DNA from: a virus
Direction: 5' to 3' (one strand)
IMG/VR virus record: IMGVR_UViG_3300045988_107814
Span: 1 to 64,000 of that record
Length of the DNA stretch: 64,000 nucleotides
Part shown: piece by piece, positions 18,552-26,750 of the stretch
How the letters are laid out: every line of letters starts with the position of its first letter
Position numbering within the stretch: position 1 is the first letter of the stretch
The notes under the pieces: generated by a model
Seen by the model: only the letters and a program-made list of their open reading frames with translations
Databases searched by the model: none
Told to the model about the DNA's origin: nothing
Translations under genes and position numbers: made by a program

Positions 18552-18559
18552 TTTTTGAA

Positions 18560-18868
18560 TTAATCAATATCAGCAATAGTTTCAACGAAGCAATTATAAT
18601 AAATATATCGTTTTCCATCTAGATCAAACTTAACATATCCGCCATCATTAGTTTCAATATCAATCTTACCAGAATAACTAGCAATGATTTCACCGTCAGC
18701 TGTATATACATTAATTGTTCGTTCTAGACCATTACCAAAATCAGATTTCATATCTACTAATTGTCTTTGACAACTACTGGAACAACCTGTGAATAGAACT
18801 AGAATGAATAACGAACTTAGAATAACTTTTGTAATCATTCCAATGATTCTATATTTTTTATTTTTCAT
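18560..18868 (-). CDS. lipoprotein
   Basis: MKNKKYRIIGMITKVILSSLFILVLFTGCSSS has a basic n-region, a hydrophobic core and a lipobox-like LFTG|C. Confidence 0.7.
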   Translation of the reverse strand: MKNKKYRIIGMITKVILSSLFILVLFTGCSSSCQRQLVDMKSDFGNGLERTINVYTADGEIIASYSGKIDIETNDGGYVKFDLDGKRYIYYNCFVETIADID

Positions 18869-18885
18869 AGAAATCTCCCTCTAAA

Positions 18886-20610
18886 TTAATACTTGTTAAT
18901 GTTTACTGTAGATAGAATAAACTGATTTGCAGTGGCCATAATAGTAACAATCTTGGAAATTGTATTGATAGTACAAACGTCAGTATCAATACTAGACAGA
19001 ACACTCTTATCGAATTCCTTTGTAACAATATTCATTGGACATTGATATTCGCCAAGAGATCTTACAATTAAATCGGAAGTATCTGATACAATACTAGAAT
19101 ACAGAAGATCAGTAATGTCAAAATATGCATCAGAAATAATCTGTGCAATCTTTCTCTTATGATCTGTATCATCAGATTTAATAGAATTGTACTTTTCAAA
19201 TACTTCATTAGATGCTCTTAATCCTTCGAAGTTTGCACCATAACCTACACCATTGATCGTAGCAGAACGACAATTGAGCACAGCGTCTTCTAATAGATCA
19301 CGTTCAGCATCTCTATCAGCAACACTAACACCACCAACAAAGATTTCTACCATCTTACCTTTTAAAGAATTAAGTCTCTTTTTAAGTGTATAAATATCTG
19401 TAGTATTATTACCTTCTACTTCAAGCTTAGAAATCTGCTTTTCAAGATAATCAATTCTCTGATTAAATAACTCAGAGTAAGATCCATCTTCCTTATACAT
19501 ATTCTTAGGAGTTACAAATGTAGTCTTATTTGCATCAGAAGATACCATTTCTGCACTACCACCGAAATCAGTTACAGTATCAGGTGTAGGTGCAATTCCG
19601 TTCTTAATATCTTCCTTCTGAATCTCTTGATCAAGATATTTCTTAATAGGCTTACAACCACAAAGATCACAAATATCTTCATATTGTTCCATATCACAAC
19701 CTGCAATATCTGTGATAATATTCAACCAGCCACGATTAGCAGCAGATGCATTAGCCATTAACTGCATAAGACTATCAATATAAGATGAATAGTCACGAGA
19801 AATTCTTGGAGCCATAATAATAGTAGGAATCATATTTTCAGTCTTCTTTTCATTCAAAGGTTTTACAATATTATTATAAAGAATAGAATCCAAGAACAAA
19901 CCCATTTCCATTGTATCAATAGGATCCTTAAATGCATAGATCTTAGGGTTACGAATTACACAAGAATTCTTAGATGTATCGTTAATCAATGTAGGATCGA
20001 GAAAACCACAATCCATAGTCATACCATTGATTTCTTTAAGATAAGTAGTACCATTCATAGATGCTTTTACGTCAATATAAACATCAAGACCAAATTCAGT
20101 ATATACATCCTTAAGCATGTTTGCCAATTTTGTATTGCCATTAGTAGATGTAAGAGCAATATGATAAACATCATCAATAGTAGCAGGTCTACCATTAGAC
20201 TTAATAACTTCACAAATTTCATCAGCGATTTCCTTAAATGTATCAACAATTGTAGCAGGTGTAATACCAGCTTCACTTTCAACATCTTCTTCATACTTTG
20301 CCAGTGCCTTAAAAATAATAGCAGACAGAATTGTAATAGATGTTGTCGAGTCACCTACTTTAATAGCCTGAGTTCTTGTTTCTTCTTGAATATCTGCAAG
20401 AACAGAATTTTCAATTTCACCAGCAAACTGGATCTTACTAAGGATAGTATGACCGTCCTTAGTATATCTTGGTAAAGCACCATTTGTATTAATTACGGTA
20501 TTCGAACCATAAGGACCAAAAGACTTACTTAAATAAGTCTTAAGTTCATCCATAGTCTGAACCTGTGTTTCTCTAAGAGATTCCTTTTCTACAATATTAG
20601 AATAAATCAT
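18886..20610 (-). CDS. GroEL/Cpn60-family chaperonin
   Basis: Three segments align with conserved GroEL N-terminal motifs. FGPYGSNTVIN matches GPKGRNVVL, TKDGHTILSKIQF matches TKDGVSVAREIE, and VGDSTTSITILSA matches AGDGTTTATVLA. Size is 574 aa. Confidence 0.75.
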   Translation of the reverse strand: MIYSNIVEKESLRETQVQTMDELKTYLSKSFGPYGSNTVINTNGALPRYTKDGHTILSKIQFAGEIENSVLADIQEETRTQAIKVGDSTTSITILSAIIFKALAKYEEDVESEAGITPATIVDTFKEIADEICEVIKSNGRPATIDDVYHIALTSTNGNTKLANMLKDVYTEFGLDVYIDVKASMNGTTYLKEINGMTMDCGFLDPTLINDTSKNSCVIRNPKIYAFKDPIDTMEMGLFLDSILYNNIVKPLNEKKTENMIPTIIMAPRISRDYSSYIDSLMQLMANASAANRGWLNIITDIAGCDMEQYEDICDLCGCKPIKKYLDQEIQKEDIKNGIAPTPDTVTDFGGSAEMVSSDANKTTFVTPKNMYKEDGSYSELFNQRIDYLEKQISKLEVEGNNTTDIYTLKKRLNSLKGKMVEIFVGGVSVADRDAERDLLEDAVLNCRSATINGVGYGANFEGLRASNEVFEKYNSIKSDDTDHKRKIAQIISDAYFDITDLLYSSIVSDTSDLIVRSLGEYQCPMNIVTKEFDKSVLSSIDTDVCTINTISKIVTIMATANQFILSTVNINKY

Positions 20611-20639
20611 TTAGTTTCCTCCTTAATTATATTAATTAT

Positions 20640-21422
20640 TTAATTGTTTTCGTGTTTGGTTTTTATTACATATCTGAGTGTAGCATAGTCAGAATCAGAT
20701 TTTCTATAAGTGTCTATAATAGCAGTCTTAGAAAATCCACTAAACCACAAATAATGAGACAGTTCTACATCTGGATATGGCTTATCATCAAATGTAGTAT
20801 TGAATTTGTAGTTTAATAATACTACTCTCTTTTCATTGAATTTATTTTTAAATTTGTATACATCATTTTTATTTTTGAAAATAAATTCTGTATACTCATC
20901 TAAATTAATATCAGATGGATCTTCCATAACAATCACGTTTACTTTAGAATGATATTTTCTTATTACCTTTTTCTCTTCTTCACTAGTACATAAGATATTT
21001 ACATGTACATTGTTCATATTAGAGAATACAGATATAAGGAAAAATATTCCAGTAATAGCGAGATACTTATCCTCTTTTAAAAGATCAGAGTATCTCTTTA
21101 ACATGATTTCTTTATAGATATTGTCTGCTAGTTTTTTATCCTTAATACATACAGTAAGAGGATTAGGATCTTCTCTATTAATAAGAAGGTGTTTAACTTC
21201 TTTTGAAGTCATATACATAACAGATTGATCTATAAATTCTGGATTATTATATTCTGCTTGTATCATTCTTAAAATAGAAAAATCCAAATCTATAACAGCG
21301 TTAAACATAATAAGATAATTATGATATCCAGAAGCCGCATTCTTTTCGTCTGATGAAGAAGACTCTACTTCTTTCTTAGTTCCATCTGGTTGTATTTCTT
21401 CAACCTTAATACTTTCAATCAT
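20640..21422 (-). CDS. hypothetical protein
   Basis: 260-aa ORF with start overlapping the upstream stop. The weak AVIDLDFS motif is discussed under rejected items. Confidence 0.65.
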   Translation of the reverse strand: MIESIKVEEIQPDGTKKEVESSSSDEKNAASGYHNYLIMFNAVIDLDFSILRMIQAEYNNPEFIDQSVMYMTSKEVKHLLINREDPNPLTVCIKDKKLADNIYKEIMLKRYSDLLKEDKYLAITGIFFLISVFSNMNNVHVNILCTSEEEKKVIRKYHSKVNVIVMEDPSDINLDEYTEFIFKNKNDVYKFKNKFNEKRVVLLNYKFNTTFDDKPYPDVELSHYLWFSGFSKTAIIDTYRKSDSDYATLRYVIKTKHENN

Positions 21423-21691
21423 ACATACTGCACCTTTACTTCTTCTTTGTAATTTGTAGGTATAATAGTCAATTTATCTTCATCAACAACAATATCTTTT
21501 AAGAAAGAATAGTTATGAAAAATAAAGTTTGTTGCTGCTGATTCTGTCATAAATTTAACATTGTCAACATTCTTTGAGTTATTAAGGATATACTTACCAT
21601 AATAATTCTTACTAACAAATCCTTTAAATTTATTGTATTTATCCATCACGGCAATAAGATATGCTGTTTCATTTTTCTTTTTTGAGTCCAA
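21419..21691 (-). CDS. hypothetical protein
   Basis: 90-aa ORF; apparent TTG start 8 nt after GGAGG. Confidence 0.55.
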   Translation of the reverse strand: MDSKKKNETAYLIAVMDKYNKFKGFVSKNYYGKYILNNSKNVDNVKFMTESAATNFIFHNYSFLKDIVVDEDKLTIIPTNYKEEVKVQYV

Positions 21692-21706
21692 TTTATATTC
21701 CTCCAG

Positions 21707-21940
21707 TTAATTAAAAATAATTATAACCCATGCAATAATAGAAGCTTCAATCAATATAAAATAAATGATAGGGTGAAACTTTAATACAATCTCTCTAATA
21801 AAAGAGTTTTTGTTTACAAATCTTACTACAAATTCTATAAACTTATTCTTTTTATCAAATTCAGCAAGACAAATAAATTGAAATGTAAAAATAAGCATGG
21901 ATAATATAAAAATTATTAAAGGTATAATTGCTATAACCAT
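21707..21940 (-). CDS. small membrane protein
   Basis: Start moved to ATG 21940 because the track N-terminus overlaps a terminator hairpin. Two hydrophobic helices. Confidence 0.55.
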   Translation of the reverse strand: MVIAIIPLIIFILSMLIFTFQFICLAEFDKKNKFIEFVVRFVNKNSFIREIVLKFHPIIYFILIEASIIAWVIIIFN

Positions 21941-21958
21941 ATCATTTTCCTTTCTTAA

Positions 21959-21989
21959 AGAGAGAAGGGCATTTAACACCCTTCTCTCT
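21959..21989 (-). terminator. intrinsic terminator after gene 22000..22800
   Basis: AGAGAGAAGGG-(9 nt)-CCCTTCTCTCT. Confidence 0.65.
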
Positions 21990-21999
21990 TTATTTGTAT

Positions 22000-22800
22000 T
22001 TAATCCATAATAGAACTGATATCATTCATTACTTCGTCATATTCAGCCTGATTAATCTTTGGACTACTATCAGAAACTGTAGTATTACCGTTAGAATTAA
22101 ACCAACTAGACTTATTGTACTTTCCACCACCACTGGATTCAGTCTTAATTCCAAGCTTTTCTCTAGCATCCTTAATAAAGCTAAACATACGATTATTGTT
22201 ATATTTGTCAGCTTCAAGAACACTAGATGCTACAGCATTAGTATAAGCTTCGATAAAACTACGAAGAATAGTTTCAATCATATCAAGTTCAATAGCTTCT
22301 GAATAATCAAAGTTCTTAGTAAAATCAGTACCACCAGCATAATCTGTAATAGAGTATACATCTGTGTTGATTTCGTAAGCGGCTTCTCCTTCTTTTGCAC
22401 CGTTTTCATTATTGATAAGATTGATTACAATGAAAGTACCTTTCTTACCATACATCTTTTCACCATTTGCAATAAAGATAATACCCTTGTTTGTATTAAC
22501 ACCGATATTCTTATAAGCATCTGGATTCTCTCTATATACCTTAAGACAATGCAAAAACATCTGTGCCTTAGACGGAGAAAGATAAATATCAATATGATTA
22601 TTTGTATCTACTTTATTAGCAGACCCTTCTTGTACCTGAATCGGATTCATAGTAATCTTAAGAAGAGAATTCCAATAAGTGAAACTCATTACAGTCTTAT
22701 CGATAGTAGAGTTTGCGTTGAAAAATCTGTAAGTCGAACGTGTGGACGGAGTATATACTTCACCACCATTGTTCTGAAATGTCTGATTATTAGTGTTCAT
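22000..22800 (-). CDS. hypothetical protein; possible ssDNA-binding protein
   Basis: 266 aa with a Gly/Ser-rich linker and an acidic C-terminal tail (AEYDEVMNDISSIMD), as in many SSBs. The functional call is speculative. Confidence 0.3.
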   Translation of the reverse strand: MNTNNQTFQNNGGEVYTPSTRSTYRFFNANSTIDKTVMSFTYWNSLLKITMNPIQVQEGSANKVDTNNHIDIYLSPSKAQMFLHCLKVYRENPDAYKNIGVNTNKGIIFIANGEKMYGKKGTFIVINLINNENGAKEGEAAYEINTDVYSITDYAGGTDFTKNFDYSEAIELDMIETILRSFIEAYTNAVASSVLEADKYNNNRMFSFIKDAREKLGIKTESSGGGKYNKSSWFNSNGNTTVSDSSPKINQAEYDEVMNDISSIMD

Positions 22801-22836
22801 TTAAATTACCTCCTGGCTTTTCTTGCCATTATATTT

Positions 22837-22848
22837 TATTAAATTGTT
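22837..22848 (-). promoter_or_regulatory. AACA-N6-TA promoter-like motif
   Basis: Minus strand reads AACAATTTAATA(AAAT), identical to the core at 52586..52597. Confidence 0.5.
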
Positions 22849-22852
22849 TTAG

Positions 22853-22873
22853 GTATGTTAATTTATAACATAC
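22853..22873. promoter_or_regulatory. inverted repeat (8-5-8) in divergent control region
   Basis: GTATGTTA-ATTTA-TAACATAC lies between the minus-strand motif at 22837..22848 and the plus-strand motif at 22894..22905. Confidence 0.3.
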
Positions 22874-22893
22874 ATGCTGCCTTCAATTACGAC

Positions 22894-22905
22894 AACTTAT
22901 TAATA
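22894..22905 (+). promoter_or_regulatory. AACT-N6-TA promoter-like motif upstream of terL
   Basis: AACTTATTAATA; 27 nt upstream of ATG 22932. Confidence 0.4.
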
Positions 22906-22931
22906 AAATCCTAATGAAAGGAGATAGCAAA

Positions 22932-25256
22932 ATGGCAGTAAAAATTATTAGTACTGGTGTTACTATGGTAGATGATGATGCTGATAATTCAGATGTCAGT
23001 TATAGTCTTAGAGATAATTTAAATAATATGAATCCTATACCAGATAATAATACTAGTAGAAAAAGATATGTCCCATTAGTCGGTAATTTATTAAATAAAT
23101 TAAACAATGTTAATAGTATTCAATCGGATACAAGATGTGATGCTACTGGAAATTATGTAACTGTATTTTATCAAATGAATACAAAAAATAAATCATTTTT
23201 AGAAATGCATTATTATCTAAAAGCTAGAGGAATTAAAAATAATAAGTTTCATTTGTTATTATATGATAGAGATTTGGCAAATGTCGATCCTTATGATTTA
23301 AACCTTCCTACTTATATGAAACAGAAGATATTTCTAGAATGTCAAAGAAATTTCTGGTATTATGTAAGAGAAGTAGTTAGAGTACAAAGTCAAGGTGGTC
23401 CTTATGTAATGTATAAATTAGATAGAGGTAACCTTGCATTGAATTTCTGTTTTACATTAAATTTAAATATATATGAAGAACAACCTCGTCAGACAGGTAA
23501 GACTGTTGGTACTAATGTATGGTTCTCTTGGGTATATAACTTTGGTTCTCGTAACGCTAATATGATATTCTTAAACAAGAAACATGATGATGCTAAGCGT
23601 AACTTAAATGACTTGAAGAATATTATTAAAGCATTACCATCTTATTTAAGATTCGATCAGGCTTTTGGTATTGATGGTAAAAAACTTAAAGCTACTAATA
23701 CTGTACAATATCTACAGCATAAGATTAACTTTAATAAAATTGAAGCTTTACCGATGGCTAGAAACCGTACATCTGCAATATCGTTACTACGTGGTCGAAC
23801 AGTAACTAATTGCTGGATCGATGAGTCTGCATTCTTCCAATATCTAGAAGAGTCTTTGCAAAATGGTATGCCAGCATTAACAACTGCGTTTAGAAACTGT
23901 AAACAAAATGGTGCACCTCATGGTCTTTGTTTAACATCTACACCTGGATTCTTAACAACAGAAGAAGGTCAGTATATGTTTGATCTTAAAAATAAAATGA
24001 CACCATTCTCAGAATTATGGTATGACTTCTCCTTACAGAAGTTAACTGAAACATTAAATGCGAATGAGAAATCTATATTTGTATACATTAAGACCACTTA
24101 TCAACAATTAGGATTAAGTGAAGATTGGTTAAAGGAAAGAATTAAGGAACAGAACCAGAAGTGGACAGATATTAGACGTGAATATCTACTTGAATGGGCT
24201 ACAAGTTCTGAGAATTGTCCTTTCACTCAAGATGAATTAAAGAACGTAGAAAGATTTGTTCGTAATCCTATTAAACAGGTTTATATTTCTAATTTCTTAT
24301 TTAATATTTATTCCGAAATTAGTCCTAAAGATAAGACGTTAATTGGTGTCGATGTTGCTGCTGGTTATTCAAAAGACTCATCTGCAATATCTGTTACAGA
24401 TTCTGCTACAACAAAACTAGTAGCTGACTTTAACTGTAACTATATTAATCCGGTTGATTTAGGTAATGTATTATACACTCTAGTATTAAACTATCTTCCT
24501 AACTCATTAGTTACAATAGAGCGTAACGGTGTTGGTACCGGTACATTAGCACAATTAATGAAATCTAGAATTCGTAATAATCTTTATTATGAAATCAAAG
24601 AAAGAGTTATTGAAGAACGTTTAGGATTCGGTACTAAATCTAATAAACGTAAACAAGTAACAAAGGTATATGGTGTAGACAACTCTAAAGAAGTAAGAGA
24701 AAGATTAATGGATTTACTTACAGATAGAGTTAGAGATCACTATGATAAATTTGTATCTCCTCAATTGCTAGAAGAATTAAAGAATCTAGAAATTAAGAAG
24801 ACAGGTCGTATAGATCACTCTGCTAATAGTCACGATGATGGATTATTCTCTTATTTATATTCTATTTATCCTTTATATTATGGTAAGAACGTAAGAGAAA
24901 ATTGGCATATAGATATTCCTACATTAAGAACTGCTAGTGACGAAGCTCAAGAAATCTTCCAAGATTATACAGCTACAGAGTCGGTTGCTATTGTAAAAGA
25001 TATAGAAAATCTTGATAATGATGAAATGATAACAGAACAATTATCCAAACTTGACAAAACAAAATTATATAATCAATTCTTAGCAGAACAAAAAGCTGAG
25101 AATGATAGAGCAATGGCTGAAATATTAAGAACAAAAATTGGAAGAGAAGCTTATTCTAGACAGTTTAATATGAATCCAGATCAATTAGATAATATGGATC
25201 AAGATGGTTATGATATGTTAGGAGTTATAGATAATTTTTATAATATAGACGAATAA
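22932..25256 (+). CDS. terL: terminase large subunit
   Basis: Start at ATG 22932 after AAAGGAG. Walker A-like QPRQTGKT, Walker B-like NCWIDESAF, and an RNaseH-like nuclease half (IGVDVAAGYSKDSSAISV ... NSHDDGLFSY). Confidence 0.8.
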   Translation: MAVKIISTGVTMVDDDADNSDVSYSLRDNLNNMNPIPDNNTSRKRYVPLVGNLLNKLNNVNSIQSDTRCDATGNYVTVFYQMNTKNKSFLEMHYYLKARGIKNNKFHLLLYDRDLANVDPYDLNLPTYMKQKIFLECQRNFWYYVREVVRVQSQGGPYVMYKLDRGNLALNFCFTLNLNIYEEQPRQTGKTVGTNVWFSWVYNFGSRNANMIFLNKKHDDAKRNLNDLKNIIKALPSYLRFDQAFGIDGKKLKATNTVQYLQHKINFNKIEALPMARNRTSAISLLRGRTVTNCWIDESAFFQYLEESLQNGMPALTTAFRNCKQNGAPHGLCLTSTPGFLTTEEGQYMFDLKNKMTPFSELWYDFSLQKLTETLNANEKSIFVYIKTTYQQLGLSEDWLKERIKEQNQKWTDIRREYLLEWATSSENCPFTQDELKNVERFVRNPIKQVYISNFLFNIYSEISPKDKTLIGVDVAAGYSKDSSAISVTDSATTKLVADFNCNYINPVDLGNVLYTLVLNYLPNSLVTIERNGVGTGTLAQLMKSRIRNNLYYEIKERVIEERLGFGTKSNKRKQVTKVYGVDNSKEVRERLMDLLTDRVRDHYDKFVSPQLLEELKNLEIKKTGRIDHSANSHDDGLFSYLYSIYPLYYGKNVRENWHIDIPTLRTASDEAQEIFQDYTATESVAIVKDIENLDNDEMITEQLSKLDKTKLYNQFLAEQKAENDRAMAEILRTKIGREAYSRQFNMNPDQLDNMDQDGYDMLGVIDNFYNIDE

Positions 25257-25258
25257 AA

Positions 25259-25288
25259 ATGATGGAGGCTAATTAAAGCCTCCATCAT
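25259..25288. terminator. bidirectional intrinsic terminator after terL
   Basis: ATGATGGAGGCT-(6 nt)-AGCCTCCATCAT followed by TATTTT. Confidence 0.8.
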
Positions 25289-25296
25289 TATTTTAC

Positions 25297-25851
25297 TTAA
25301 AACAGAAGATTACCAATAATCAAAGCATCAATAATAGAATCAAGTGCATCATTATGATCTACCTGCTTAACTTGTTTTTTAGTTACGTTTTCTTTATTAC
25401 AATTACAGCAATTAGATTTTTCTTTCTGATTAGAGCATTCTTTTACACACTTACTGATATTAGCATTTGCGATATCCTTAATAATAGTATTCTTAATATC
25501 ATCTACAGACTTAATATCTTCGGAATTAGAAGAGTTATTCAATGTACCTTCAAATTTTACAATTTCCCATGTATTATCAAACAGTTCAATATTAGTTTCT
25601 TTCCACGGAACTCTGCCAAAACGACTTTCTACATACAGATATGGAGCAGTCATCTTAGAATATTTATCTGGATACTGAACCTTGATAACAACATCAGAAG
25701 ACCACTTAGGAAGTCTCATACCATAGATACTAAAATCGTTAGGAAAAGTAACTCTACGCTTTGCAACATCATTGATATAATCAAAAGCTCTTCCAAAAGA
25801 TAAACCTTTCATTGTAACTTCATACTTATCAATAAGATTAATATTTTCCAT
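25297..25851 (-). CDS. DUF2829/Tad2-like domain protein with Cys-rich C-terminal extension
   Basis: Start at ATG 25851 after AAGGAGG; the track start at 25941 overlaps the upstream gene. The region LSFGRAFDYI...SKMTAPYLYVESRFGRVPWKETNIELFDNTWEIV matches the remembered DUF2829 pattern (FGeAl...MT.PYIYm....g..vPW..s..Dll.eDWeIv). Confidence 0.55.
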   Translation of the reverse strand: MENINLIDKYEVTMKGLSFGRAFDYINDVAKRRVTFPNDFSIYGMRLPKWSSDVVIKVQYPDKYSKMTAPYLYVESRFGRVPWKETNIELFDNTWEIVKFEGTLNNSSNSEDIKSVDDIKNTIIKDIANANISKCVKECSNQKEKSNCCNCNKENVTKKQVKQVDHNDALDSIIDALIIGNLLF

Positions 25852-25870
25852 TTTTGTTTCCTCCTTAACA

Positions 25871-26119
25871 TTATACATTAATAGACTTGTTTTCAAACTT
25901 CTTATAAGCATCGAAATAGATCTTGTTCTTATCTCCGTCATAAGTTAGTTCATAATACATACCATCAGGAAGACTTGTACTTAGAAGAGCCTTCCAATTC
26001 TGAAGAGCCTTTACTTGCCACACAACATAAACATCATCAAGTGTAAACTTAGTATTATCAGTCACATCCAAATGTGCCTTTGCATAGTTATACACTTCTT
26101 GTCTCATTTTTTCAATCAT
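25871..26119 (-). CDS. conserved Firmicutes-phage small protein (unknown function)
   Basis: VVWQVKALQNWKALLSTSLPDGMYYELTYDGDKNKIYFDAYKK resembles a small protein family I recall from streptococcal/lactococcal phages. Family name not certain. Confidence 0.6.
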   Translation of the reverse strand: MIEKMRQEVYNYAKAHLDVTDNTKFTLDDVYVVWQVKALQNWKALLSTSLPDGMYYELTYDGDKNKIYFDAYKKFENKSINV

Positions 26120-26304
26120 GATAAACGATTTTCCTCCTTTGCTACTGCCTTTATCTTATTTTCATCTTTCATAATGCTTACCAGCATGCTATCCTTATTA
26201 TATTCCTCTAATTCTGCTTTAATTAATAAAATAGCATCTTGTAGAGGCATACCTTCAGCAATGACTTTAGAATTAATCATAACAATATATCGATTTTCAT
26301 TCAT
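26116..26304 (-). CDS. hypothetical protein (62 aa)
   Basis: ATG 26304 follows GGAGGAAATC; the track start sits inside the SD. Confidence 0.55.
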   Translation of the reverse strand: MNENRYIVMINSKVIAEGMPLQDAILLIKAELEEYNKDSMLVSIMKDENKIKAVAKEENRLS

Positions 26305-26324
26305 GATTTCCTCCATTAAATATT

Positions 26325-26711
26325 TTATTTGAAAGTAGTTATATCTTTTCTTTCAATCTCTTCAAAACCGGTATCTCTTAATTCTTCTATAGATCTAATA
26401 TCACAAATATTAATTGTTTTTATACCAGACATATTATCAGCAGAACAATCAACAGTTATAGTATCAACTACAGATGGTTTTACATTTTGATTTACAAAAG
26501 ACATAACTTCTCTTTCAGGGCACATTGTAAAAGCTGTAATACGTCCAGTAAGTGTTTTCATACCAGACATATTATCAGCAACAGTAAATCTATATACTGT
26601 ATTATTATCAACTTCAATTACTTTATGGGCTATTTTATTTCTTTCTTGATACGATAAATCAAGGATAAGTTTTATAATAGCTTTAGCGTCACATTTCAAA
26701 AAATTAATCAT
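26325..26711 (-). CDS. hypothetical protein with internal duplication
   Basis: Two copies of ADNMSG(M/I)KT(L/I), also visible as a repeat of about 22 nt in the DNA. AAAGGAGG SD; promoter-like AACA motif upstream. Confidence 0.7.
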   Translation of the reverse strand: MINFLKCDAKAIIKLILDLSYQERNKIAHKVIEVDNNTVYRFTVADNMSGMKTLTGRITAFTMCPEREVMSFVNQNVKPSVVDTITVDCSADNMSGIKTINICDIRSIEELRDTGFEEIERKDITTFK

Positions 26712-26733
26712 TGGAATACCTCCTTTAATTATT

Positions 26734-26745
26734 TATTGAAATGTT
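26734..26745 (-). promoter_or_regulatory. AACA-N6-TA promoter-like motif
   Basis: Minus strand reads AACATTTCAATA(AAT), identical to the cores at 47975 and 58554. Confidence 0.55.
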
Positions 26746-26750
26746 TGAGC

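Noticed and set aside
20640-21422. HAD-like nucleotidase idea (AVIDLDFS as a DxDxT-like motif), attractive because dU-DNA phages need a dTMP phosphatase
   Set aside because: There is only one weak motif. I cannot identify motifs II-IV convincingly, so this would need a profile or structure search.
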